Assembly (NCBI GenBank): GCA_030141605.1
Contig: JAQGDQ010000019.1
Location: forward strand, 434,001-498,000
Length of the DNA: 64,000 nt
Source of the DNA: Tubiluchus corallicola
Lineage: Eukaryota > Animalia > Priapulida
Direction: 5' to 3'
This document shows, piece by piece, positions 53,250 through 64,000 of this stretch (position 1 is the stretch's first letter; every line of letters starts with the position of its first letter). Under the pieces are notes generated by a model that saw only the letters and a program-made list of their open reading frames with translations, was not told where the DNA came from and made no database searches. A program made the position numbers and the translations under genes.

Positions 53250-53490
53250 GTAAGTAATTTAACATACGATTTTTTTGGTTAGGAAGAAAATTGATAACAC
53301 TAAAGTTACAAAACCACGATTACTTTGAATTTTTTTTTCATTTACCAAAATAGCTTTGCAGCAGTAACATAATCACGCAACACTTAAAGAGATTAGATAC
53401 ATCGATGTTGCTCTATGGAATTTAGACATACAAGATGATAACACATCCTGTTTATTAGTTTTCACTCTTGTTGTTCCTCTTGTATTGCAG

Positions 53491-53599
53491 CTTTCCAGTC
53501 AATCTGATTTACCCCGTAATGCCGTGAAGATCCTAGAAATTTTAGAAAACCACTTATGTTGGGAACACATGGACTACGCAATAGAATTAGCTTTGCAAA
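53491..53599 (+). CDS. EXOC5: EXOC5 exon
   Basis: Encodes LSSQSDLPRNAVKILEIL..EHMDYAIELALQ; phase 0/1. Confidence 0.95.
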
Positions 53600-53753
53600 G
53601 TAAGGAGAATGTCTTTAGTGTTTAATATTTTTGTGTAAAATCTTGTTGCAACTTTTCTAGTTGCTGTTCTTATCCAAGTTATTAGTAATATGTCATCTTT
53701 TAGGTTATTGTTGTTTGTTGAGATATTTTTGCATTCTATGCTGTTTCTTACAG

Positions 53754-53964
53754 ATTTACCACCTTCAGAACCTAAACAAGAGCCGGATGTTTGCTTCTTT
53801 GATGTTGTACGGCAGTGTAATGCTATTTTTCATTTATTTGAGAAACTGTTCAGTGATAGTTTAGTACCGCTGGTGAACTCAACACCGTGGCACAGTGAAT
53901 GCTTACAGAGGAAGAAAAATGCCATGGAACAGATTGAAATAAAACTAGATTCTGGTTTGGACAG
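53754..53964 (+). CDS. EXOC5: EXOC5 exon
   Basis: Encodes FFDVVRQCNAIFHLFEKLFSDSLVPLV..ECLQRKK..EQIEIKLDSGLD; phase 1/2. Confidence 0.96.
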
Positions 53965-55645
53965 GTATCTAGCAATAGATGATATTTGCTTTTCAAATTG
54001 TTGCAATGCACGCAAATGTATGTAAAGCAAAAGGTGTCCAATAATTATATAGCAGTTCAAACGATAGTTGTGGTTTAATTTTGTACGTCACAAACATAAA
54101 TTATTCCACTAAACATATGTTACATTGTAGTGGTTGTGAAATAAGTTTGTAGCAAAAATAGCCCTGTTTCACTTCAGTATTCATTGTTAGTGAAGTATAA
54201 GAGCAGGTATGGATATGTAATGAAGTGTTTATGCAGTTATAATTGTCAGCATCCATTCACAGTCACACTGTGGTTACATTTTAGTTTTGTATTAATATGA
54301 ACATCTTAGAACATCATTTCATATTAAAAATAAACCAAAATAACCTTTTTCGCAAACATTCTCAGGAGCAAGATCAGGCATTTCTTAAAATAAAGTAAGA
54401 TTTGCTAATATTTACATTTTGTGAAAATGTATAGCATGGAATATTATGTCAAAAACTTATGTCAAAAACTTATGTGTCATTACTATAATTGTGCTACCAC
54501 TGTGCTAAGTTTAAAACATCAACAAGAGGATCGAGATTTTTTAACATCAGTGATACGCATCTGTGCCTAGGGCTAGCTTCGTGTGATTGCTTTATACTTG
54601 TTGACAATCTGAATTCAGGCGCAGCCAGTTCGTGAACTCAGTGGAAATACTTGCGCTATAATGCTGATACAGTTATATGAATTGTGTAAAATCGGGAAAC
54701 ACCAGAGAAATGTTTAACTAAGTAAATTTTCCAACTGCCGATTGTCAGTGATTCTTTAGGTTTTTAATGAAAATGATTATCACATATTGTTCCAGACAGG
54801 ATAGACCATAGTAGTTAGTATAGTACGTGATTATGTTTAACCACTAGTACTGTATTTTACTTTTATTTCATCACCAAACCTTTTAAATCTTGTACTCAAA
54901 ATCTGTGTTTTCTTTTAGTTCTTAGCGTCAAATATATGTAAAATATAGCAAGTTGGTATGTCAACAATAATTGCCTGTGCAGTGTACACAGCTGCCATAC
55001 TGATCTGACTTTTACAAGAAATGCACTATTTGGCACCCAGCATCGGCATAATGGGAGTATTACCTCTGATCAACTATCCCAGACGCCATTAATCTCTGAT
55101 TATAATGGTTTTTGAAGAATAATAAGGAAATACTACTATCCTGATGCATCCATTACGCTCCAACACCCATGTGGACCTAGCCATTAACAGAATGTGGTGA
55201 AAGGCATCTACTGTTTGTGTGTAATGCGTATTCTATTCCAGAATGAAATAAGCATGCATTTGTAATGATTAGAGTTGTGACCTTTTTGCAGTCTCACATT
55301 TATGCATCACCATATAATGAGCAGTGTAGTATGCATGTTTAGTTTTCCTCTAGTTTAGCATACTATGGGAGGGCCTACTTAATGTAGATATGGTGGGACC
55401 TAAAGAATTATCGAGGTCAATTAGCTGAAATAAGTTAATGAACTGGCGGAGATACTGTAGCCACATATAGGTGCATATACAAAATACATCTTCCTCAATG
55501 AGAAAAATTGCAGATATAGCTTGACATGTGAAGCCACCAGAACTAGTTTGTTCCACAGTTGCCCATTTATTCGTAACTAGACTCAGCAATGACAGCTTAA
55601 CAATTTTCTATGCTGACTTAAGTTAACTATTCGATAACTTTTCAG

Positions 55646-55754
55646 ATCCATTATGGCTGTGGTTGGATGGGTGCGCTATCTGTTGTCCACAGAACAGAGA
55701 AAAACTGACTTTAAACCAGAGTATGAAACAACTCAGCTCGCAAACTGTACACCT
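55646..55754 (+). CDS. EXOC5: EXOC5 exon
   Basis: Encodes SIMAVVGWVRYLLSTEQRKTDFKPE..CTP; phase 2/0. Confidence 0.95.
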
Positions 55755-55987
55755 GTAAGTTCAGATAATAGTGTTTCATATTATCATAATAGTGTTACAA
55801 AAAAACTAAATTTGCTGCTGATGGCCTTTCTGTAATTAAAAACACTAAACAAAATTTCTAATTCCAAACATTCCCCATTTTGCAGTAGAGATTCTGTCTT
55901 ATTATAGTAAGTGCATCTGGACATCATCAATTAAATGCATAGAACTGAAAAATAACTGAACATTACTCCTGCTATTATTATTATCAG

Positions 55988-56144
55988 GCATGTAGCAAAG
56001 TTATTAAATTCATGGATCGTCAGATTGAAAACATCAAAGACAGTTTAGATGGCAAAAATGTTGAGGCTGTTTTGATGGAACTAGGAATACGATTCCATCG
56101 TGTAGTATACGATCATTTGCAGCAGTATCAGTATAATACTGTTG
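55988..56144 (+). CDS. EXOC5: EXOC5 exon
   Basis: Encodes ACSKVIKFM..IKDSLDGKNVEAVLMELGIRFHRVVYDHLQQYQY; phase 0/1. Confidence 0.96.
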
Positions 56145-56525
56145 GTAAGTAAATGGTTAGCATGTTGTGGTGAGTAAATGGTTATATAAATTGCATTTTC
56201 CTGTATTTAGATGTTTCACGTTTCTTCCAGTGCCTTATGCGATATTAATTGTTTTAAGATTACGTATCACAATTGCAAACAATCTTAGATGCAAATCAAT
56301 TTTTTTTGTGTGTATGAAAAAAGATATGCACATTCAGGCTCTTGTTTATGCACAGAATAACAAATAAATTTTTGGTTTCTAAATGAAGATTATTGTCAAT
56401 ATCTGTTGGGAAACCATTTCAAGTAGAGCCTACATACCTTAAATTGTTATGTTATAGGATTTCTTGTGGATATTGTGACTGATTTCATAGTTTTATTTTT
56501 TGTTACCTTTTTGTAAGACTAAAGC

Positions 56526-57319
56526 TATGACTCCATGTGCACATAATGCATGATGCGCAATCCGTAATGCATGATCCGTATTAATTGCTTTACTTTTTGT
56601 ATGTAAATAATATCCATGCTTTTTTGTTGTTGTCAGTGTTTTAATATTTGTTTTACTTTTGCTACTAGTCTACTAATTTCTTTTAATTGAACCAACTTGA
56701 CTGCACGTGTTGAAAATACATCGTGTTAATAAGAATTCTCTCGAACAGGATCGGTATCGTCGGAATACATCATGCAGATGGGAAACTGCTGTTACCCAAG
56801 TTATTTAGCACGTTTGCAAGTTTCCGTAACAATTTTTGTTGGTTGGAAATTCTGGTTAGGGGACTTTTGGTAACTTCACGACCTATACACAAATTTATTT
56901 AATTTTCTTCTATATGCATTTTTGAGAGCTGGAAGAAGTGAATAATTGTATGATATGCATCTAATTGCAGCTTTTTCACTAAATGATGATGTGTGCTGTA
57001 TAGTTCCCTTCCCTGCAAAATTTTCTGTACCCAGATCTGTGCTACCTTTGCCTTTGTCTAATAGTACAATAATATTAGACATTATTGTCTAATAGTACAA
57101 TAATAAGCTGATGCCACTGCCGTAAATTTTGACAGCGGAATGGCTTTCAAAAATTATTACTTCCAATTTTCACTAACAGGCAACCAAAAATAGCGGAAAG
57201 AGCAACCGTCGGCTTTGTTAATACGAATAGCATTCACGGGCACATGGAAACAGTCAATGTGCATCACGCATTGCGGATTACAGATCACACATTACGCATT
57301 ACGCGCATGTGAAGCCCTA
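56526..57319. mobile_element. Degenerate hAT-like MITE
   Basis: Left TATGACTCCATGTGCACATAATGCATGATGCGCAATCCGTAATGC is an imperfect inverse of right GCATTGCGGATTAC..CATTACGCATTACGCGCATGTGAAGCCCTA; no clear TSD. Confidence 0.55.
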
Positions 57320-57903
57320 TATTAAGTGTTTTATACCAACAAGAGTTGTGTAAGGTTCTGTTTTATATGTACTTATTCAATTGATTAAATAAAAAGGAAA
57401 AAGTCTCAAATAATGTTTAGTGCATTTTAATGTGTAATTAAAAATATTGAAATTACCAATTAGCACAAAAATGGTTGCTAAAAAAATCCTAGCTACAAGT
57501 GTTTCTCTGGTTCACTGTACAGCAAAATGCCCTTAGCTGCTTAAGTACTTCACATAATTATGTTACATATTTGTGCTTAATTTAGCACAATAAGATAAGC
57601 TTGCAATTTTACAAATGTGGTATGTACTGGAGCGGTTACTTTAGTTTTTACTGTTGAATTTAAATAATCAGTGTATATTAACTTTGCCTAAGTTCATTAA
57701 AGTTTTTAGTGTGACTGTCAGTAACTGTTTTTTGTTAGACAGCGAAATTTATCATAAAGCAGTAAATGTTATTTTTTATTGCTTTAAAACAATAAACAGA
57801 GGCATAAGAGGAGAGAAAACTATGAACAAAAATTTATATATTGATAATGTAAATATCAGTAGAATTAATAATGGTAAAATGATGTGTTAAAACATTTTTT
57901 CAG

Positions 57904-58064
57904 GGGCGATGATAGCAATTTGTGATATAAACGAGTATCGGAAGTGTGTGAAACAGCTAAAGCTTCAGCAAGTGAGCTTGTTGTTTGAAACACTGCATGC
58001 CTTGTGCAATCTTCTTCTTGTAGTTCCAGCAAATATAAAACAAGTTTGCTCCGGTGAACAACTG
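57904..58064 (+). CDS. EXOC5: EXOC5 exon
   Basis: Encodes AMIAICDINEYRKC..LFETLHALCNLLLVVPANIKQVCSGEQL; phase 1/0. Confidence 0.96.
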
Positions 58065-59208
58065 GTAAGTTCAAGCAAATGTTTGTTACACGATTATTAC
58101 ATTTCAGGTCATAGATATGCTTAGTGATCAAACTCTTTGTTGTTCCATCCTGCTAACTTTCACTGTTAGGATATATGCACGTTATTCGCTCAGCGTATGT
58201 GGCACCTTCATCTGTACTGTTATAATTATGTACCTTATAAGCAAATGTTTTTTGTGTTTACCTCGATATCCAATCTTTTTTGGTAGGCTGTACTGGCATA
58301 GACTTGGACCTACTGGTCCAGAAGGAAAGGCTTGTTTTATTTTTTCTGTCAGATATCTGGTCTTCTGTCTCATCCAAGTGTAGCTGTCAGATTGGTGGGT
58401 CTTTTCGGCTTTTATGTAAAAAGGTTATACTGCCCAGGATATTTTGGGCATTAGCCAAAGGTGCATTGTAACTCGGCATTGATTTTTCATTTGTGACAGT
58501 TTATTAGGCATATTTGCAGGCAGCCAGGTATTTGTAACAACTTAAGCAATTAAAGTGTCGTTATCAGATCTATTTGCTTTACCAATCTTTTTTTAAGCTT
58601 GAAGTGTCTAACTGTGAGTTGGTCTCAAGGTTAGAGAAACGTCTCTTACCTTGCAAATGTAATGTGGAAGCGACTGTTCATTTCCTTATGGTGGACTCAT
58701 ATGAGGCTATAACCTACTGCAACTTTGCATTGATTTTCTGAATTTGAAACGCTTCACATTAAATAAATCTTTCCGATTTGGAAAGCTCCTGACCTGATTT
58801 TCTAGACAATCATTCATTTCGGTTTTCCTGAAAAATCATGTTTCTTTCCCACAGTGCCTTCTAATACATATCACTAAATTCTTGTCAGTTTCTGTTGATA
58901 TATTTCATTCAGTAAGTAGATTTTCTTTTACATATATATTGCTTTCCTGACATCACATGCCAGGAAGTGTGTGCACTCACAAATTTCTGCCTTTTTTGTT
59001 TTCTCATATTTTGAAGAATGTAACATCTGATGTTACTCATTTAGGTAAATCTTGCAAGCAAAATGGGTAAATCTTGCAATCTTGGAAGCGCCAAAGAGAA
59101 TGCCGTGCTATCTGACAGTTACTGACTATGTGTGTGTGTGTGTGTGCCTCTATTCAAAATTTATTAGTGTTTAAAGAATTAGTGATGGCCTATGTTCTTT
59201 TGTTTCAG

Positions 59209-59295
59209 GCAATTCTGGATCGCAATGTATTGTCGTCATTTCTACAACTTAGATCGGATTATAAATCATCAAAGATAGCAAATCAGTTCAAATAA
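59209..59295 (+). CDS. EXOC5: EXOC5 terminal exon
   Basis: TTTCAG acceptor; encodes AILDRNVLSSFLQLRSDYKSSKIANQFK then TAA. The 14 exons total 2082 nt in one open frame. Confidence 0.95.
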   Translation, partial: AILDRNVLSSFLQLRSDYKSSKIANQFK

Positions 59296-62200
59296 TAAAA
59301 AAGTTAACAACAGTTGGGTAATGTAATGATGACACAAGAGAGGTGAAGTTAGGCTGCATGTAATTAAGTTTATAATACTGGATAGTGCTATGACTGCTGT
59401 TTGCAAAATCATTAATGGAAGCTAGTGTTAACTTCAGACTATTTTAGTTGCATAATGATTAAACTTTCTTTTTAGCAATAACAGTATGTAACTGTAGTAT
59501 TCCCGATTTAATATATGTATTGAAAATAATTGAATTATTTATGGGTAAATAAAACTGGAATTATTTAATGGACTTGATACCACACAATCATTTTTCCATT
59601 GTCTGCTCTTGCACAGAATGCCGAATATAAATGTGATGATGTGTGGGACCTGCAGGTTTTGATGCATTAGTTTTATGTTGCCAGTTCAGCCAATCAAAAG
59701 TTCAAAATTAGCATGTATTTTCCACCACAACGTTGACGGTTTAACTCCATGATTAGCTATACTTGTCCAAGTAAATTAGTGTTACTTTTCCACACTGATT
59801 GGCTTGAGTAACTGCAATGAGTTCTCACAAACTTTGTTGTAAGCATTGAAGTTCAGAAATTACCACACAATTTATAGCCTTTAAGCCCATCTCACTGGTG
59901 AAAGACAAAAGAGAAACACTCAACAAAATATTTTCTTAAAAATTGGGATACTTTTTATGTTTGTAAAGATAAGTAAAAAATCTATTGTCACACATACACA
60001 GATATAAAGACTACGTTAAATGATTACGAGTCTTGAGATTATATTGGGACAAGAAAATAAATTATCGGGAATGCATTAAAAGATTTTAGTGTAATTGGAT
60101 GTTTGCCAGTTTATTAGTTATGTTTTCTAATAAGTTCCAAAAAAATCACAATTACGCCTGCACAACAATTACAAATTTTACATTACAGTTAAGATGATTT
60201 CTTTAAATTGTTATTGATATGACTATATTTTATCAGCAGTCGGCAAACAATTTCCAAAATTAAAGATAGGCCCTTTAAGAAACACGTGAAAAGTAGTTCA
60301 TGAAAACGAGCCCCAAACGAATGCTTTGCTTTGCTTTGCTTTCAGCATTACTGACTGACAGAAATGATTTTTCTGATACACATTTCAGGAATAACTTTTC
60401 AATGACGTTATTAATGTACTTTTGTTAATATTCATAAATTTTAAAACAAGTAATCTTGTCTTATAAAGTGATAAATTTATAGCCACACCACTAGATGGCT
60501 AGCAAAATGAATATTAAATTTTTGACACAGACAGGAAATTTCCTAATAACACTACAAAATTTAAAAGCTACATACACAATCAATGAAATGAACAAATAAT
60601 TACAATAGTAAAGATGATATTGTGCTTATCTAAAATTATGTATGCAGTATAGTAATCATGCACACAGACACCCTAAAACAAAGGCAGACCAGTAGAGGGT
60701 TAATTATGACATAACGTAATGTGATATGCATTGTCAGATCAGTTAGCACCCCTGAGAAAAGTGGTAAGACAAGAACACAACATTTTGATTAACATTATAG
60801 TAAAATGTTAGTGGTGCTACTTAGGTGTGCCACAAATGTTGAGGTCACCAATTCAAACTACATGAACGGGCACAGTTTTTGGGCATTTTGGGAGAAACTG
60901 AATATTTATCAAGTCGCATAGCTGCAGAAAAACTAGTTGCAACCCCTATTATTCAGCACAATTGACTTGAAGCACCCATCCTCATAGAAAAGTTGAACCT
61001 ATTTTAAATAAGCATACAAAAATCAGTGTACATCCACATCTCTGTTTTCTACCAAAAAATGGAGAGGTTCAATCATCAACAAAACTACTCTAGCAAATAG
61101 AACACTGCTGGTACACAGTTGCAAATCGTTTACCCATTGCACCAACAGTAATGTAATATTTAAGCAGATATTGCGTGCTGTGCAGTCAGAACACTGACTG
61201 TTATGGCAATGTTACCACAGTCAAAATTCAATTTTAGTATATTGCTGAGGACAAGGATGCACCGTGTCCAGAATGTGTTTGCACAATAAAAAATGTTAAG
61301 CTGCACTACAAGAAAAGACAGCTATAGTGCAATAACTTTTTTACAAGAACACACAAAAAACATTTAACCCCAAAACAAAACATTAGATATTCTGCTAAAG
61401 AACTACCTGTACAATAAATACCCTTGTCGTAAGGGTTAACGTATACAGTAGCACACAAGTGCTTACAATAATTGTCCCATTGGAATAACTTGATTTCTCA
61501 TACTTTACAACAACAATTGATAGCAAGACAATGATGAGATCTATAATTATGGAACGTGCATTGCCAACAAAAAGATTTTTATAATTCAATTAATTTAGAA
61601 ACAGTAATTAATATTTATGATATTATAAATGCCAAACAATTGGCTGCTTCCAGAAATACCACATTTGTTAGTTATGGTGTGAAACTGTGAACGCTGTAAA
61701 TTTGCAGCAAGTTGAGATATCATGTGTCATAAATCACTAAAACACTTTTGCCAAATTCTATAGGTAAAATTATAATATGCACAATGATCATGCACAACTG
61801 TCAGTAAACTGCAATTAACTAGTTACATTTCTAAATTTGTTTGGTAGTCTGTTTTACGAAATCTTGCATACTTGCACATCCAAATAAAGGAAAACACAGA
61901 AAGGGTCTGTGTCACAAGCCTTATGCCGTGCAGTAACATAAAAAGCTTGAGAAACTTTGTGATGCACACAAAGTTTGTAATAGAAAGTGAAATTACAATT
62001 AATTTTAGTAATGATCCCTAATGTTACCTCGCCACTCACACACTGTAACAATTTTAACTTTTACCAAACTGATACACAGTTCTAAGGCTTCAGCAAAAGG
62101 GTCAACTGCAGTAATGCTACGCAAACCTGCCAACTATTTTATGCTACCATTCTGTTGATAAGATATGCTGATAATAAAAAAAGTAATGGATCAGAATTCA

Positions 62201-63297
62201 AAATGCCTGTTCATGTATGTGTGCTTCACTGACAATGCAATTTCAGCAAACCACAAACCATTTGCATTAATATCAAGCAAACCAATTTAATTACACTAAT
62301 AAATAAACTTCTAGCAACACTGACAAAACAGAATGAAAGAATTAACAAATCACAAGTTTGGTGAAAACACTTAAGCAATAAATATCTCCATGAGATGTGC
62401 CTCACTTTTAAGACAAAACATTCAACCATGATTTTAAATAATATTAAATTTCACGACAATTTTGATGCCCTTTGAAAAGATAATTAATAATTATTAAATA
62501 CAACAACTCTATGTACAGTGTGCTTGTGCACCTCAAATTGATTCTATATAAATGTTTCATTCAAGATGACCCTATTCTGCCTAGAAAAAGCTTCAGCAAT
62601 TATAAAACACGTACATGATTTATCCTACAAAACAGCTGTTTTGGTATTTCAATACACAGACAATAAATTAAGATTAAATAATGTTTGACAATTTCAGATT
62701 CTGAAAATGGCAAAAGTTCTAATTACCTGAGAAACACAGGAATGTGCGACTGACATGCGTCATGTCACAGAAAAGGAAATGTAAAACTTGCACACAATTG
62801 AATCCAGATTTAGATGTTCATCCTTTATATTTCTGAACGTTGTCAAATTAGTGCAACAAGGCTACGTTTGATGTTAAAAAATCTAGCAATTGAAACTGGG
62901 CGATGGAGTCAACTACCTAGAGACTAACACTTGGGCCTGTGCGCAGAAATACAAACTGAAAATCATGTGATATGCGAAGGTCCTCAAACTGCTCATATTC
63001 GTCAAAACAAACCAGAAATAGACTTTACCAGTGCATTCTTTTTTTAAAGCTAATTATAAATCAGTGTGTTACGTGACGCAAGGGTGTAATTTTTGTTACA
63101 TGTTGGTTGTGTTTATATTTATGTGTCTCTTTATAACATTTGGTATTTAAGCCAAGATGATTTTTTGGATTGATTTTGCAATTTCAGGTTTCATTAATAT
63201 TTAGCAGGTTAAACAACAACTCAGATTAATTATTGAAGGAATGTACATAAGAGTAACTTAAATCAGATGAAAATGACCAAAGGGGTACTGAATGTTG

Positions 63298-63999
63298 TCA
63301 TACTAAAGGATCAGCTTGCAACACATTAAGAACATCGGATGATCTCCTTAACCAAACATCCTCAACTTCTTCTTCTTTGCTGTAAGGTGACGTGGATAAT
63401 TCACGTTCTTCATCAGCAAACAATAGTGTTGAGCTCGTGGGCACAGATGAACTTGCTGATGTTTCTTTATGGTGCAAAACCACCCCGGAATAACGAGGTT
63501 TGTAGCGATGGTGGTAGTGGTGATGGTGATGATGGTGGTGGTGGTGATGGTAGTGGTAGTGTGGTGATAAGCTCCTTTTTGACACATTCAGGGGTTCTAA
63601 TTCATGACTCTCGCTGCTCAGCGTTGTCACATGACTAGGGTTACCACCTAAAGCACAACTTGATGAACTTAAAGTTGATTCAGAAAAAGCTGCAGCATGA
63701 TAAACGGTTTTGTCAATGTGCCGAGGTGGAGTAGAACAGCACTCTAACTTAGGCCAATAAAATTGCAAAAAATCATTTTCTGGTCCTGCTAAAACCAAAA
63801 TTGATTGGAAAAGAAATGTTGCAAAAAGCCAACTAGCTGCCATAATAATGATGAGAAACAGTCCTAGCTGTTTGTAACCAAGAACGTTAGCTGGCAATAA
63901 AAATATTCCTGCCACAAAGGTGGTGAATGCAGCCAAGGCAACAGGGCTACCAATGCGACTAAGCGAAAATTTAACACAAGCTCTGCGATCATCTTTATC
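63298..63999 (-). CDS. DISP: Dispatched (Hedgehog-releasing RND/SSD transporter), 3' end; the frame is open to the window edge
   Basis: SLSRIGSPVALAAFTTFVAGIFLLPANVLGYKQLGLFLIIIMAASWLFATFLFQSILVLAGP matches the last two TM helices of Dispatched; a Ser/His-rich tail follows. Confidence 0.88.
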   Translation of the reverse strand, partial: DKDDRRACVKFSLSRIGSPVALAAFTTFVAGIFLLPANVLGYKQLGLFLIIIMAASWLFATFLFQSILVLAGPENDFLQFYWPKLECCSTPPRHIDKTVYHAAAFSESTLSSSSCALGGNPSHVTTLSSESHELEPLNVSKRSLSPHYHYHHHHHHHHHHHYHHRYKPRYSGVVLHHKETSASSSVPTSSTLLFADEERELSTSPYSKEEEVEDVWLRRSSDVLNVLQADPLV

Positions 64000-64000
64000 T

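Overview
AT-rich animal (invertebrate-type) nuclear DNA with spliceosomal GT-AG introns; there is no prokaryotic content. In order the window holds: the right end of a TGT..ACA non-autonomous DNA transposon (1-610); an intronless 333-aa BAR-like gene whose N-terminal ~210 aa align by eye to fungal eisosome Pil1/Lsp1 (2665-3666, +); an intronless DeSI/PPPDE peptidase with a PUL-like C-terminus (6512-8125, -); a SPRED gene (coding exons 26048-32661, +) with a decayed partial copy of its last exon in the final intron; a nested pair of the same TGT..ACA transposon with intact 5-bp TSDs (38316-40008); EXOC5/Sec10 (14 resolved exons, 42933-59295, +, first exon not found), whose introns hold a LINE relic, a satellite and MITEs; and the 3' end of a Dispatched gene (63298-64000, -). 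The best candidate for something novel is the Pil1/Lsp1-like gene in an animal. All homology calls are by-eye comparisons with remembered family sequences, not database searches.
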